NCBI RefSeq assembly: GCF_004010195.1
Contig: NC_057719.1
Coordinates: 29,916,423-29,980,422, forward strand
From: Chiloscyllium plagiosum
Lineage: Eukaryota
Direction: 5' to 3'
DNA length: 64,000 nucleotides
In this document: positions 12,909 through 25,118 of the stretch, in pieces
Layout of the letters: each line of letters begins with the position of its first letter
Position numbering within the stretch: the first letter of the stretch is position 1
Notes under the pieces: generated by a model
Seen by the model: only the letters and a program-made list of their open reading frames with translations
Database searches by the model: none
Told to the model about the DNA's origin: nothing
Translations under genes and position numbers: made by a program

Positions 12909-15679
12909 CTCCTGCTCCTTGGATGCTGCCTGACCTGCTGCGCTTTTCCAGCAACACATTTTCAGCTCTAAATAGTTGGAAAAAACAAGTACAGGTTGTT
13001 GTTTGCTTTTTACAGGTCAGAAGTTCTTAGCCAGTAGTGAGGGCTTTTGATATGATCAGGCAGTGATTATGAAGAAGCATTGGTGCCTTAACTGACCACT
13101 ATTTCAAAATTGTAAGATTATAAGGCCTTTGTTTTCAATTCTGAGGCTGTGACCAAGACTTTATTTGTTGTGAGGAAATCCGTTACCATTGAGATAAAAG
13201 CTTGCACTGCAGATCAACAACTGTTCATGGCCCCATCCCAGAGGCTAAGCAGAAAGTCATTAATACAGCATCTTACAGGAAAGAAGTAATTTGCAATTCT
13301 GCTGTGTATGGCCTTTTCCTGGAGACCATGTGTCTTTGTGGCCATTTATAACATAATATTTAGCATTCCAGTTCCATCAGGAAGTGCATGAAGCATTGAT
13401 TGTCTAGCTGACTCTTGTTTCTGAGAAGCATCTGGAAGGCTACTGCTAAGTCTAGTCATGTGAGTATAGCATCTATGTTTGAATTTTTAATAATTTTATA
13501 ACAGTGACTAAATAAATATAGACATGCATTAAAGTGAGTTCCTCATCCTTTTGTGGCAGTATGGAAATACTACCTCAAAATTACTGATGCTGACTAGATT
13601 TTTTACAATGGAAAGTGATAAGTCTATTTGAAAAACATTTCCCAATTAAGTTAAATATGTTAATTGACAGCGGAATAAATAGAAAGTGTTTTTTTTAGAA
13701 AATACTGTAGCAGGAAAGATGATATAGCAGCTTTCAAGTAAATTATTAATTTACATTTTTGAGGTCACTTCTAAGATATTATAGGAGATGCTATTTTCTT
13801 CTTGTAGAAGGTCTCACAACAGCAGCACAGCTTACTTAGTAACTTGACTCATATAATGTTCTCATTTATTTTTCAAGAGTTCAGTAGATTAACATTTTTT
13901 ATTCTCGAGTCTGGGAATCTACACTGTTTCTGTGGTAATATAATGGCATTTTAAGACTGTTGGCTTCTACTGTCAATGGAGAGTAACTTTGGGTGAAATG
14001 TGCAGTCTAATTTGAGAGACCAATCCAATATAAGACTCCTCGCAATGAGAACCCCTGGTTGTTTGTGTTCACACCAATTTGTGTTCACCCTGGCTGCAAT
14101 CTAACTACAACCCTGTGAAAGCCATATTTTGAGGATGACTGGGTAATTCCTTTTGAAGATTTTCACCTTCAGTCCAAAAGCAGTTTGCCCCCATAATATT
14201 AAAAGTTAATGCATTAGTAACATTTACTTGATTGATATATTTCCATATTCCAAGTTAACTATGCAGTGTGTGGCCATTTAAAATTAGAAGTATAACACTA
14301 AGAATATTCTGTTCTTTTATGAGACACTATGATTGGCCAGTATATAAATTCATATTTTTCAGTCCTGAATAAACAAATTGTCACAAATGATTGCATGGTC
14401 TTTGTAGTACTGGAAACATCATTTACTGTGAAATAGGAACAGGAATGGCCTATTTCAACTACTGCCTATGTCTGCAATGATCCTGCTAAAAGTAAGTGGA
14501 TTCCGGTTAACAGTTCTTGCTTTGTTCTTTTATCTTTCCTTAATTTTCTTCATTCTTATTGTTCATGTCAAGTTCATGTCTGATGAAATATTGACCACTT
14601 CAGGAATTTCACCATTATTGTCAGTGATGAAATTTCTCTACCAACCTCATCAAGAAATATGTAATATTATGTTCCTAAATGCAGCCTCACCTCTTACTCA
14701 TCTTTTGCTTATTGCCTGTTGTCCACTGGTGATAATATCAATATTTACAAAGGTTAACTTACAATGTGTATTCATTGAATATAACAACACTTTGAACTTG
14801 CTTATTTGCTAGTTCTTTTCAAATGTTTTGTTGTTTGCATTGTTTCTTTGTAATGAACAATTCTTCCTAACACTTGATGAGCAGAAATAATTCAAAACTA
14901 ATTCTAGCTTTGTACTTAAAATATGACAGTCTTCTATGACCACTCTTTGATTGTTTGAACACCATCTTGGCAGCAAAGATCGAATACTAAATACGTACCA
15001 CTGTAAGCATAATCGGTTTGGTTCTAATTCATGTCTGATGTCTTGCCACAGTCATTCAAACGTAATGTGACACAGGATTGAATAAAAAAACATGGCACTT
15101 GATGGTGTAGAGAGTTAGAACACTGTCCACACGTGGTAAATTTGCCTGCAGCTATTATTATAGTACATTACCTAGGTCCAAGGCTTTAAATTTACATTCA
15201 TCTAAATATTACTTCACCTGTATGCAGAGAACCTCAGTTATCCGAACGAGGTGAGTGGGCACTATTTCGTTTGGATAATTGATTATTTGGTTAATTGATT
15301 TCCTCCGGGGCTCAGAGTTTTCTGTGACGTCTGCTCCCCATTCAGGAGACTACGCAATAGCACACCGCACGCGAGATCCCACCCCCCGTCCACTCCCCAA
15401 CCCCTTCCGCTCCCACCCTGCCACCCTGTCCACCCCCACGCACCGTCTGACCCCGTCCTTGCCCCTGTGTCCCTGGGGAAAAAGTGATGAGCTGTCCAGA
15501 GTAAGTGTGTAGGAGACATAGAGGCCATGCATGGTTAGTAGCATGGAGGAATTAGGCGTGTGGGAGTGAGAAAGGATGTTGCACTGAATAGTGAGAATGG
15601 TAGAGCATGGATCTTGGTGCCGGAGCAGAAATAGTAAGTGTGAGTTAACAAAGAGAAGAAGATGGTATTTATCAATGAC

Positions 15680-16050
15680 AATGGTCATTGACCTTCTTCT
15701 TCTTACATGCTGGCATTTCTTCCAAGTGGCTGAAACCACACTGACATGGGTGGCAACCTCGGTCCAGGCTGTTAGGATCTGGTGTCATCCCCTTCACTAC
15801 CAGTCCTGGGGAAAGTAGACAACCCCATTGTGCACTACTCTATCCATCTTGTCCAAAAAAAGGGTGCCATTTTCCCCATCCCAGCCATGGCCAAGGCAGA
15901 TGTCCTGAACTGTACAGAGTGGATCTGGAATACCAGCACTCGATTGTTTATGCACCAACCTTTTATATATGATGCTAAGGATGATGGTCTGTTCTGAGAT
16001 ATCTTGGCAGTGGTTGGTGGTTCTTGGCCAAGGGCTCCCATGGGAACAGG
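15680..16050 (-). mobile_element. Harbinger/PIF-like relic with Myb/SANT-like (NAIF1-type) reading frame remnant
   Basis: Minus-strand pieces GKMAPFF..FPQDW..HQILTAWTEVATHVSVVSATW..KKVND; related sequence at 47830-48100 (NEVSGIWQNAQQCRKNITD). Confidence 0.45.
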
Positions 16051-16065
16051 GTAGGTTGTCAATGA

Positions 16066-16250
16066 GGAGAAAGTGAGGACTGCAGATGCTGCAGATCTGA
16101 GTTGAGAGTGTGGTGCTGGAGAAGCACAGCAAGCCAAGCAGCATCCGAGGAGCAGGAGAATTGACATTTCGGGCATAAGCCCTCCATCAGGAATGAGGAG
16201 CCTCATTCCTGATGAAGGCCTTATGCCCGAAACGTCTATTCTTCTGCACC
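16066..16250. mobile_element. Fold-back Penelope-like element with hammerhead motifs on both strands
   Basis: Hairpin centre gaatgagg-ag-cctcattc (16191-16208); + core CUGAUGA 16209-15..GAAACGUC 16229-36; minus core mutated to CUGAUGG; flanks taggttgtcaatga (16052-65) / taggtagttaatga (16251-64). Confidence 0.8.
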
Positions 16251-16464
16251 TAGGTAGTTAATGAAGTATGTTTGGAACAATAGCGTGAAACATTCACTAG
16301 GCCTCGTGGAGAGAAGACTCCTAAACTAAAATGACACTTTTGTCAAAATATTGTAAGATTCAACCCAGCAGGTCTGGACTGGTAAAATTTAGTAAGTTAC
16401 ACAGAGCAGCATGTTTTCCAGAAATGTGTCTTGCTTAAAGAGACCTGAGCTAAGATGGATTTTT

Positions 16465-16815
16465 AAAAATCATTCATGGAATGTGGATATCATTGACCAG
16501 ACCAGTTTTTTTTTTTGCCTATCCATAATTGCTTAGAGAGCATTTGAGAGTCAACCACATTGCTGTGGGTCTGGAGTCGCATGTAGGTGAGACCTGATAT
16601 GGCTGAGGTATATTTCCTTCCCTGGAGGGCTTTAGTGAACCAGATGTGTATTTCTGACAATTAGTTTCATGGTCTTCATTATAGTCTTAGCAATTTTTTT
16701 TGTTGAATTTAAATTCCACTATCTACCATGGTAGGATTTGAACCTGTGTACCCAGAACATTACCTGGATCTCTGAATTAATTTAGTGATAATACCGCTAG
16801 GTCCTTACCTCTCCA
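16465..16815 (-). mobile_element. tRNA-derived SINE with L2-like tail (SacSINE1/DeuSINE-like)
   Basis: Minus-strand head with B-box-like ggttcaaatcc; tail resembles the L2-like 3' end at about 48780-48850; partial + copy at about 45800-45935. Confidence 0.5.
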
Positions 16816-17504
16816 TATACACCTTATATGATGCTGTGATGATAGCATGAGCATATCTCTTAAAGATGTACTGAAATGTGTCTCTGAGAGGTATGCTGAC
16901 AGACTGTGAGACGTATAACAAAAGAAGGTGATCTGCAACTCAGGACTACAGGTCAGTTTAATGACCTGAATTGCAGAGAAAATCAGTCAGCAAAGTAATG
17001 TAAATTTCAAAAACAATAGGAGAAAAATAATATTGGATTTCAACCACCTTAATGTTAACAGACAAAACCAGTGTAAATGGCATTGAGAGCATAAAGCCCA
17101 CCAAGAGAAGATGTAGTTGCAAAATGAGGCAATTAGAATTCAATTCAGGATTTGGAGGCAAAGTAAAGTACTATAAATTGTGGGGTACTAAACAGAAGAT
17201 TTTGGAGTTTATGTCCACAAAACCCTGAAGGTTGTAGCACAAGAGAGATAATGTGGTTATAAGATACTTTCATCTTTTAGCCAAGTTATAAGAACAGCAA
17301 GGTTATGTTAGAACTGTATTACAAACTGGTTCACAGATGTTTGCACACAGCCTGGTCATCAGGCTGTCCAATCACATTGGAAGAATGTGATTGCAGTTTA
17401 GAGAATACTGAAGATGTTAGGATCCATGGAGAATTTTAGCTGTAAGGAAAGACGTAATAGGCTGAAGTTATCATCTTTAGAATGAAGGAGGAGAAGGAAA
17501 GATT

Positions 17505-18790
17505 TAAGACCATAAGATATAGGTGAAGAAATTAGGCCATTCAGCCCACTGAGTCTGATCTGTCATTCAATTATTGCTGAAAGTTTCTCATTCCCATTCT
17601 CCCACCTTTCTCCGTAACCTTTAATTCCCTTGACAATCAGGAACCTATCTACCTCAGTCTTAAATACACTCAATGACCTGGCCTCCACAGCCTTCTGTGG
17701 CAGTGAATTCCATAGATTCCCCACTCCCTGGCTATAGACGTTTCTCCTTATGTCCATTCTAAAAGGTCTTCCCTTTACTCTAAGGCAGTGCCCTTGAGTC
17801 CTAGTCTCTCGTACCAATGGAAATATCTTCCCAAAATCCACTCTATCCAGGCCATTCAATTTTCTGTAAGTTTCAATTAGATCCCCCCTCATCCTTCTAA
17901 ACTCCATCAAGTATAGACCCAGAGTCCTCGAACGTTCCTCATATGATAAGCCTTTTATTCCTGGGGCCATTCTCGTGAACCTCCTCTGAACATGCTGCTG
18001 GGCCTGTACATCCTTCCTGAGATAGGGGCCCAAAACTGCACACAATACTCCAAATGTGGCCTGACCAGAGCCTATTGAGCCCCAGAAGTACATCCCTGCT
18101 TTTAAATTCAAGTCCTCCCATAATAAATGCCCTCATGGCATTTGCCTTCCTAGCCACTGACTCCACCTGCAAGTTTACCTTGAGAGAATCCTGGACTAGA
18201 ACTCCCAAGTCTCTTTACTCTTCAGACTCCTGAATTTTCTCCCCATTTAGAAAATAGTCTATGCCTCAATTCTTTCTACCAATGTGCATGACCTCACACT
18301 TCCCAACATTGTACTCCATCTGCCCTTTTATATATCGAAAGAAACTCTTAAACTCTTCCTTTATGTTACTGGCTGGCTTACCCTTATATTTATTCTTCTC
18401 CCTCTTTATTTGTTTTCTCGTTCCCTCTGTTGATCATTGTAAACTTCCCAATCCTCTGGTTTCGCACTGCCCTTCACCATATTATATGCTTTCTGTTTTG
18501 CTTTTATGCTATCCCTGACGTCCCTAGTCAGCCAGGGTTGCCTCATCCTCCCTGTACCATGCTTCTTTTTCCTCAGGATGAATCTCTACTGTGTCTCCTG
18601 AATCATTCCCAGAAACCCTTGCCATTGTTGTTTCACTCTTTTTCCTGCTAGGCTCCTCTCCCAGTCAATTCTACCTGGCCCCTCCATCATGCTTCTGTAG
18701 TTGCGTTTATTCAGCTAAAAAAGCATTCCCTCTGATGCTGTCTCCCCACTCTTGAACTGCAGAGTAAATTCAATCATAACCATAATAGGA
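17505..18790 (-). mobile_element. CR1 LINE 3' fragment (second family) with internal deletion
   Basis: ORF 17563..18111 (VQRRFTRM..RRMRGDLIETYRKLNGLDRVD), CR1-type 3' UTR; sequence jumps to upstream ORF2 near 18325. Confidence 0.85.
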
Positions 18791-19974
18791 TTACTAATTA
18801 CTAATCATATTATGTGAAGTGAGGAATGAGGAAACTGGATAGCTCAGATTTGTTTACATGGGCAGGGGATTCATCAATGCTTGTGAGCATGTGGTACTGA
18901 ATGACAATAATTTGGGGGAACTAAAGTCATGCAACGTGAATGGGAATGAGCTTCCCACCAGGTGCCAAAGATTCGACTGCAAATAGCCTTGGACATATAG
19001 TATCTGGAGTACATTGCCACATGCATGAGAAGAAGGATGTTTAAACCATAGCAAACCCCTGTGCTTGGGTTTAGGGTCAATCCCTGAGAATATATAGCAG
19101 CTGAAAATATGATTTTTGTTTTCACAGCTATGCTTTGACATGATATCAAGGAAACTTGGGCCTAGATTTTGTAGGCTAAAATGTCATCCGGTGCATAGGA
19201 TTGGACTTGGTGGCAAGAAATCCACCCATTATCCCGACCATTACCATGCAGCAGCTTACTGCTTGGAGCCCTGTTAATCGCTTTAATTGAGACTTGCATT
19301 CCATTCTTGGGTAATGCCTCATTTTAACGAGCTGCTAGCCAATAGGATGGACTGATAGATCCATAGCATCAGCAGCACTAGCTACAGCAGTCTCAACATG
19401 CCAAGCAGACCAAGTACATCCACAGTTGAATGTCTCAGCAAAGTGGATGAGGAGCCACAGTGTCCAAGGGATGGTTGCCTGGCACCAACCCCATAGCTAA
19501 AGCTGCTGAGCTTCCCGAATGAGAAGTGCCTTCCGCTGCTCTGGGTAAAATACTGCCAGAGGCTGCAAGTGTAATAGGCTTTCTGCTGAATGAGGTGAGT
19601 TCAATGCAGACTTGTAGGAAGCATTTTGAAGGTTCTCAAATACCAGATCGAAGACCTTCCAAATAAACTATCTTGTTAAATTTTCTTGCACCAGTCATAC
19701 ATGTTAAACAAAGTATGTTGTCCCTCTATTCTGCCTGTTGCAGTAGTGTCAGTAATTCTCGACAAAGATCACATTTCTTTCATTTCACCCTGATTGCAAG
19801 TACAAAATATTAATGTTTAACTTTTTCATTGATTCAAATATTCTCTGCTTAAACTTTTAATGATTATAAGCAATGTCATTAGCACTCCTTTTGATAACTG
19901 TCTTGTTTGGCAGACTACAGATCTTCCCTCATCATTTGCAGTTCCTTGCCAATATTTAAGAGTTTTATTTCCAA

Positions 19975-20320
19975 GAAAAGATCGCTGCTGCTTGCAGCTG
20001 TTGTCACCAGGAGATCTGCTGTCATGGCATGCCACCCTTGTCTGTCTTGAGCCATTCTGACATATTCACCATAGCTCATCTGCAACAAATCTGACATCTG
20101 TCGTCCAAATACACATGGGTGTGCTGCTCTCTACTTTCTTCTCGAGAAGAGATCTCTGTATCTCTGATCAAGTGGCTGAAAGACTAATAGTTTGTCTTCT
20201 GGATATCACTTTTATTTCAAAAAAGAATAAGATTTGCTCTTGCAAATTCAAATACATCTTCGGTTGTCTTATGGTCTATATGTGGAATATTTAGCATCCA
20301 CATTTCAAAGGCCCCTATTT
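19975..20320 (-). mobile_element. RTE-clade LINE 3' remnant
   Basis: Minus strand encodes AFEMWML (about 20290-20312) and MAQDRQGWHAMTADLL, typical of RTE ORF C-termini. Confidence 0.55.
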
Positions 20321-21490
20321 CATTACTTTATTATCCAGATTTTTAAGACATACAATAAAGGATTAATGCACTTTTTATGCCAAAACTGTGACAAAGAGTG
20401 TTTTTCCAATTCTGGTCAGCCCTAACTTGTCATCAACATGCATATATATTGTAGGTCTCTGTTAAACTAACTAAAAATATCGGTAAGTAAAACCAGAAGT
20501 GTACTATAAGAACCATCTCTTATTAATATCAGTGATGAAGAGCAGTGTTTTTGATGAGAAACACCATTCCAATGTATATGTACAATGGAGACCAAGGAAA
20601 GAAAGCAAAACAGTATTCATTTCACTTTAAGATTTGATGGTATTGGGAAATGAGGAGAAGGTGTAATCAAGAAAGGATGGAATAGGTTGCTGTAAGATGA
20701 TCTCATTAAAATGAAGAAATAAAGATTAGATATCAGGAAGAAAATGAAAGTTTGAACCTAAAGAAAAATAAATACAGCAGGAACATTAGAAAAGTAATTA
20801 GGTTAATGTTCTTCCCTTATTGTGTGGTTAATAATTTTAATAATGTAAATAATAAAATTACAGATCATGAAATTTCAGTAGCTGGCAAGTCAAACACTTG
20901 AAGTACTGTATCAAACATTTTGGATTTGGCAAGGCTGTCTATATAATGAAAAGGTTTCTGTAATGCATATCACAATTAACTATGTAGATAACAGTTAAAT
21001 ATATTCTGCATTACTGTGCCCTTTTACTATCTAAAACATGCTGTAAAGTGTTAGGATGTTCTCCAGTGACAATTACCTTTTGTAATTGTGCTATTTATTG
21101 TTGCATGCCCTCTTCTTGATTTTAATTATGCATTTTAAACTTATGTATTGCCTTCAATAAAACAGTATTATAACAATATTTCCTTTAATATGAAGACTGA
21201 TTTCTAACACATACCGTTACTAGTTTTGAAATCGGTTAAGGACAAAATTGGCCTTCATTCTAAAGAAGCTCGCTGTTGTATCAATAGTTTCTTACGCCTG
21301 TGCTTCATTATTGATGCTACTGCTTCAATTTACTTGTGTGAATCTTGCTGTAAAGGAGAATACCTTCAATGAACTGTTAGTACACAACCTCACATAAACC
21401 ATTTGGACAAATTACAGTATTGGATTAAATGCAGAATTAAGAGCTAAAATCACAATTATCATTGTTCCATCTTTCTCATTTTCTTTTTAG

Positions 21491-22165
21491 AAGTTACAGA
21501 AGGATCACTTGTTAGCTCAACAGGTTTGGAAGAGTATAGTCCAGAGATTGGCACAACAAGACAAGTTCTAAGCTTTGAGTCTCACGGTATGACCAGCTCA
21601 GATTTCGGAATAGAGATGGTACCAGGGGATTCTATTGACTTGGCCAAAGCTTTGGTGGACCCTGTTGGGGCAGAGAAGACAGAATTCCAAAACTACATTG
21701 ATATGTGTCATTCAGAAGAATCGAAAGTTCAGGAGTTATCCAAGATGCACTGGGAAGAGAAAATGTCTTTCCTAGATGACACATCAGCTGACATAGAAGC
21801 CTTCCCAGAAGCTCCGAAAAAGTCAGTTGAGGAGATAAAATTGATAGAAGAAATGAGCCCTTGTCTGAGTCCTGAGGAATCAACGACTGCACCATATGTG
21901 GAAGAGCCTTCAGATGAAGACATTTCAGAGAAATGGGAAATGGAGGACACCCAGCACAACGTTCACACAGTGGATACATGTGCATCACCAGCCCATGTTT
22001 TGCTTACTGAGCTAGAAACCATAGTAGATCCCAATAGCAGGTGCAAGTCTCAGCGTGAACAAGACATGAAACCAAAACAAGGATCCGATGTAGTGCCAAC
22101 TGTGACTGTATCAGAGCCAGATGATGACAGCCCAATCTCCCAAACGCCTACTCCCTCAAGCTCAG
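21491..22165 (+). CDS. RTN1: Reticulon-1A-like internal coding exon (equivalent to RTN1 exon 2), 675 bp, phase 1-1
   Basis: Polypyrimidine tract + tag acceptor at 21490; donor cag|gtaac at 22165/6; open frame with ESHGMTSSDFGIEM, EESTTAPYVEE, PAHVLLTELE and VPTVTVSEPDDDSP..PSSSG, matching RTN1-A motifs recalled from human (SSDSGIEM, EESTFAPY, VPTVTVSEPEDDSP). Confidence 0.85.
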
Positions 22166-23189
22166 GTAACAAATGTTATGTGAGTTACTCTAAAAAGTTG
22201 GCAGTGTGCATACACACCATTCCAAAATTTTCTTTGTTTGTTGAACTAGAGTAATTGTTTGGTGTGTGTGTGTGTTTCTCTATGTTGATATTCTGTTTAA
22301 CTTGAACATCTTTCATTTTCCCTTTTACCTGGCTTGTTTTTGGAAAAAAGTTGAACATTTGTAAATATTTGGCTTTAATGTAACTTACCATGATATTTCT
22401 GTTCCTTATTTGACCATCCTATTTATATAGCTGGGTGGTTTCACCATCAAGAAAGAAAATGAAATGGCATAAAAATGGTCACTGAAAGCACAGTATGAAA
22501 GGACACAAAAAAAATGTGAAATTTAAATGAAAAACTATGCATCCCTGTCCTTGCTCACACAAGTCCACCGTGATTGATGCATGTTTAATCGATGCAAACC
22601 GATTTTTAAAATGCATGTTGTCTATCTCAGTCAGGTAACTTCCACTGTTCCTTTCTTAGTCTTTTTCATGTTTTTTTTCATGCTTCCACTTTATTTAAAA
22701 AAAAATAAAATTGAATAATGAAAAAAACTGCCTCTTTCTTTCTCTTTCTCTCTTTACTTGTCTTATTTTCTCTTCTCTTTGACTCATAAATGTTAAAAAT
22801 TAGAGATGATTTTAATGTACCAGGCTAGTTAAAACTGCACAGGTGACTTAACCACTTTTGACCATATTTTTTAATGCAGACGTCTTGACAGATTTACTTT
22901 AATCTAGTGGTTTGTCACTTAATTTCTATTGAATTAATATTAACTCTGCCAACCGCTAGTTACTGATTCTGTTTTTGGATTACCAGCAAAAAAAAGTTAC
23001 TCTTCAGGACTCAGCAAGGATAGTTCTTGTTAAAAAGTCTGTGATCAGATACCCACCTTTAAATAAAAACATTAAAATTTAGGTCAGTGATGATAGGCAC
23101 ACTCATTTATACCTGCATGTTTTCCCTGTATGAATTTGTGTTGAAGATCCTTTATCACTGAGTGGTCTAAAAAGACAACATTTTGTTGA

Positions 23190-24530
23190 AGCCTTTCCTA
23201 TTCCTTGAATATTTCCAGTATGATAGCATATTTGCTTTCTTTGAAGAATGCAAATATGCATGCAAGAATTTCCTTACGCATCCTCAATGGGATCCATCCT
23301 GCACTCAAATTCACCTTTGAAATGGAATATTCAAATGACCTTCCTTTCCTTGATATGCTCTTTGAGAAAATAATCAGATGGTTTCGACTGCTGTCTACCA
23401 CAAGCCTTTCTTCATTGGTGTGTGGGATTCTGTATGTTATAAGATTTGGTCTTTTCATCAATCTTGTCAGAGGTCCCAAGCCACTTGTTCACTGTGCAAA
23501 CTTGATGCTGAAATAGGGTGCATCAAAGCCATCCTGTGGGATAATTGTTAACTTGATCAGATCATTTCTTGCTACACATCATGTCAATTCAGGAACAGTC
23601 CTAAGGCTGCTACTGTTGGTCCTGAAAAGTGCACCGTTTACCTCAGATTAAAGATTATCAGTTCAAACATTTTAGACAGGTGAAGCTAGCTGTTTTATGC
23701 TGCTTCTTGCTATGCTGTAGGTTACTGAACGTTATAGGAATTTCTACTCCCAGTGATGCTACTATGTCAACTGCACATCTGACAGACTGTTGGATCGTGT
23801 CAAATAACGTATTCATTTTGCTTGTTCACAACACGAAAGGTATTGACTCTATCCAACCAGTCTGCATTTGCACAACTTCAAACATCATGTCAAATTTTGG
23901 ATGTGATTTTGCGTTTAGATAAATGTGCTAAGAATTACACAGACAACCAATTTAAGATTGTCAGTGTGGTGCATTTGTTTGTTTTGGAAGCTACATATAT
24001 TAATGAAGAAGGCCCTGTTCTTTGCAGACAGAAGAAGCTGCATCTGTTTCAGCTGAACAGAGTAATCACCATTCTCTGTTCATTTCTAGGGCAATGCCTT
24101 GATCAACCAGGTTAAAAGTCATACAACAACAGATTATAGTCCAAAATGTTTATTTGGAATCACTTGCTTCCAAATAAACCTGTTGGACTAAAACCTGGTG
24201 GTGTGATTTTTAACTTTGTCCTCCCAATCCAACACCAGCTCCTCCTCATCTTGACCAACCAAAGTCAACTTGGTTTAAAGTAAAACAAAACTTGGCAGTT
24301 AATGGTTATTCATCATCTAACTGGTACATTGTCCATGGCAAGGCCTCTACTGATCAGAATCCACATTCCAATCAATCAGCGCACCCTTTCCATCCTGCGT
24401 AAAAGTGAATGACATTTTTATATTAGGACAATTTACATGAAGAGCACATGAGTATAAGGTGAAAGGTTTTGACAAAATGTGTCTTTTCTCAATATTACTA
24501 AGTTCTCTACTACCAAATGACTATTTAAGC
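23190..24530 (+). mobile_element. Decayed Penelope-like retroelement (RT C-terminal part and endonuclease remnant)
   Basis: ORF 23205..23516 LNGIHPALKFTFEMEYSNDLPFLDML (PLE RT motif) and LFVLEATYINEEGPVLCRQK (endonuclease C-terminus). Confidence 0.75.
24110..24249. mobile_element. Minimal fold-back Penelope-like element lacking the hammerhead
   Basis: Arms gttaaaagtca..tatttggaa / ttccaaataaa..tttttaac plus 3' extension; TSD cttgatcaacca (24098-109) / cttgaccaacca (24250-61). Confidence 0.75.
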
Positions 24531-24791
24531 TTCTAATTTGTGTTTTTTTTATAAGTTACTGTGCCAGTTAAATTTTAGATGTACCATGTTTTCTACAACA
24601 GAGAAGAGTGCACCTCAAAATTGGTTGACCTTTTACAACCTCAACCAATTGAATAGTGCTTTTTATTTAGTGTTAATAAGATTGTATTTCCAACATACTC
24701 CAGAAACTCTCTGAATTTAAATTTTCAATTAAATTTGGCGAACAAACCTTCCTCATGGTAATATAGCTTTGCTACACCTTTTATGTGTCGC

Positions 24792-25118
24792 AGAATCCCT
24801 AAAGTGTGGAAAGAGGCCATTCAGCCCACCAAGTCTGCACTGACCGTCAAAAGAGCATCCCACCTCCCTGCCCATCCCTATATTTACAGTGCCTAATCTA
24901 CCTAGCCTGTACATCCCTGGACACTATGTAAATTTAGCATGGCCAATCCACCCAACCATTACATCTTTGGACTGAAAGGAAACAGGAGCACCTGGCAGAA
25001 TTCCCGGCAGATACTTGGATAATATGCAAAGTCCAGACAGATAGCCATTCAAGGTTGGAATCGAACTCCAGTCCTAGCACTGTGCGGCAGCAGTGCTAAC
25101 CACTGAGCCACCATGCTG
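24792..25118 (-). mobile_element. HE1-like V-SINE (older copy)
   Basis: Minus-strand tRNA-like head (gcatggtggctcagtggttagcactgctgcc..gttcgattcc), V-domain-like body, CR1-like tail. Confidence 0.8.

Larger units (their letters stand above)
11833..12968. mobile_element. Composite Penelope-like insertion: inverted pseudo-LTR, direct pseudo-LTR, CR1 remnant, second direct pseudo-LTR
   Basis: Minus unit 11833-12075 and plus units 12076-12183 and 12721-12968; flanks taaatacttagaaaa (11818-11832) / taaatagttggaaaa (12969-12983), 13/15 identical. Confidence 0.7.

Noticed and set aside
15220..15300. Possible Tigger-like terminal repeat (cagagaacctcagttatccgaac)
   Set aside because: No matching second end or TA duplication found.
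21526..22254. ORF-track 242-aa and 279-aa (26835..27674) ORFs as single-exon genes
   Set aside because: Similarity to RTN1 ends at canonical GT donors; the ORF extensions are intronic read-through.
24425..24480. Possible hammerhead at the 3' end of the decayed PLE (catgagtataaggtgaaagg)
   Set aside because: No CUGA core and no pairable stem II; too degraded to call.
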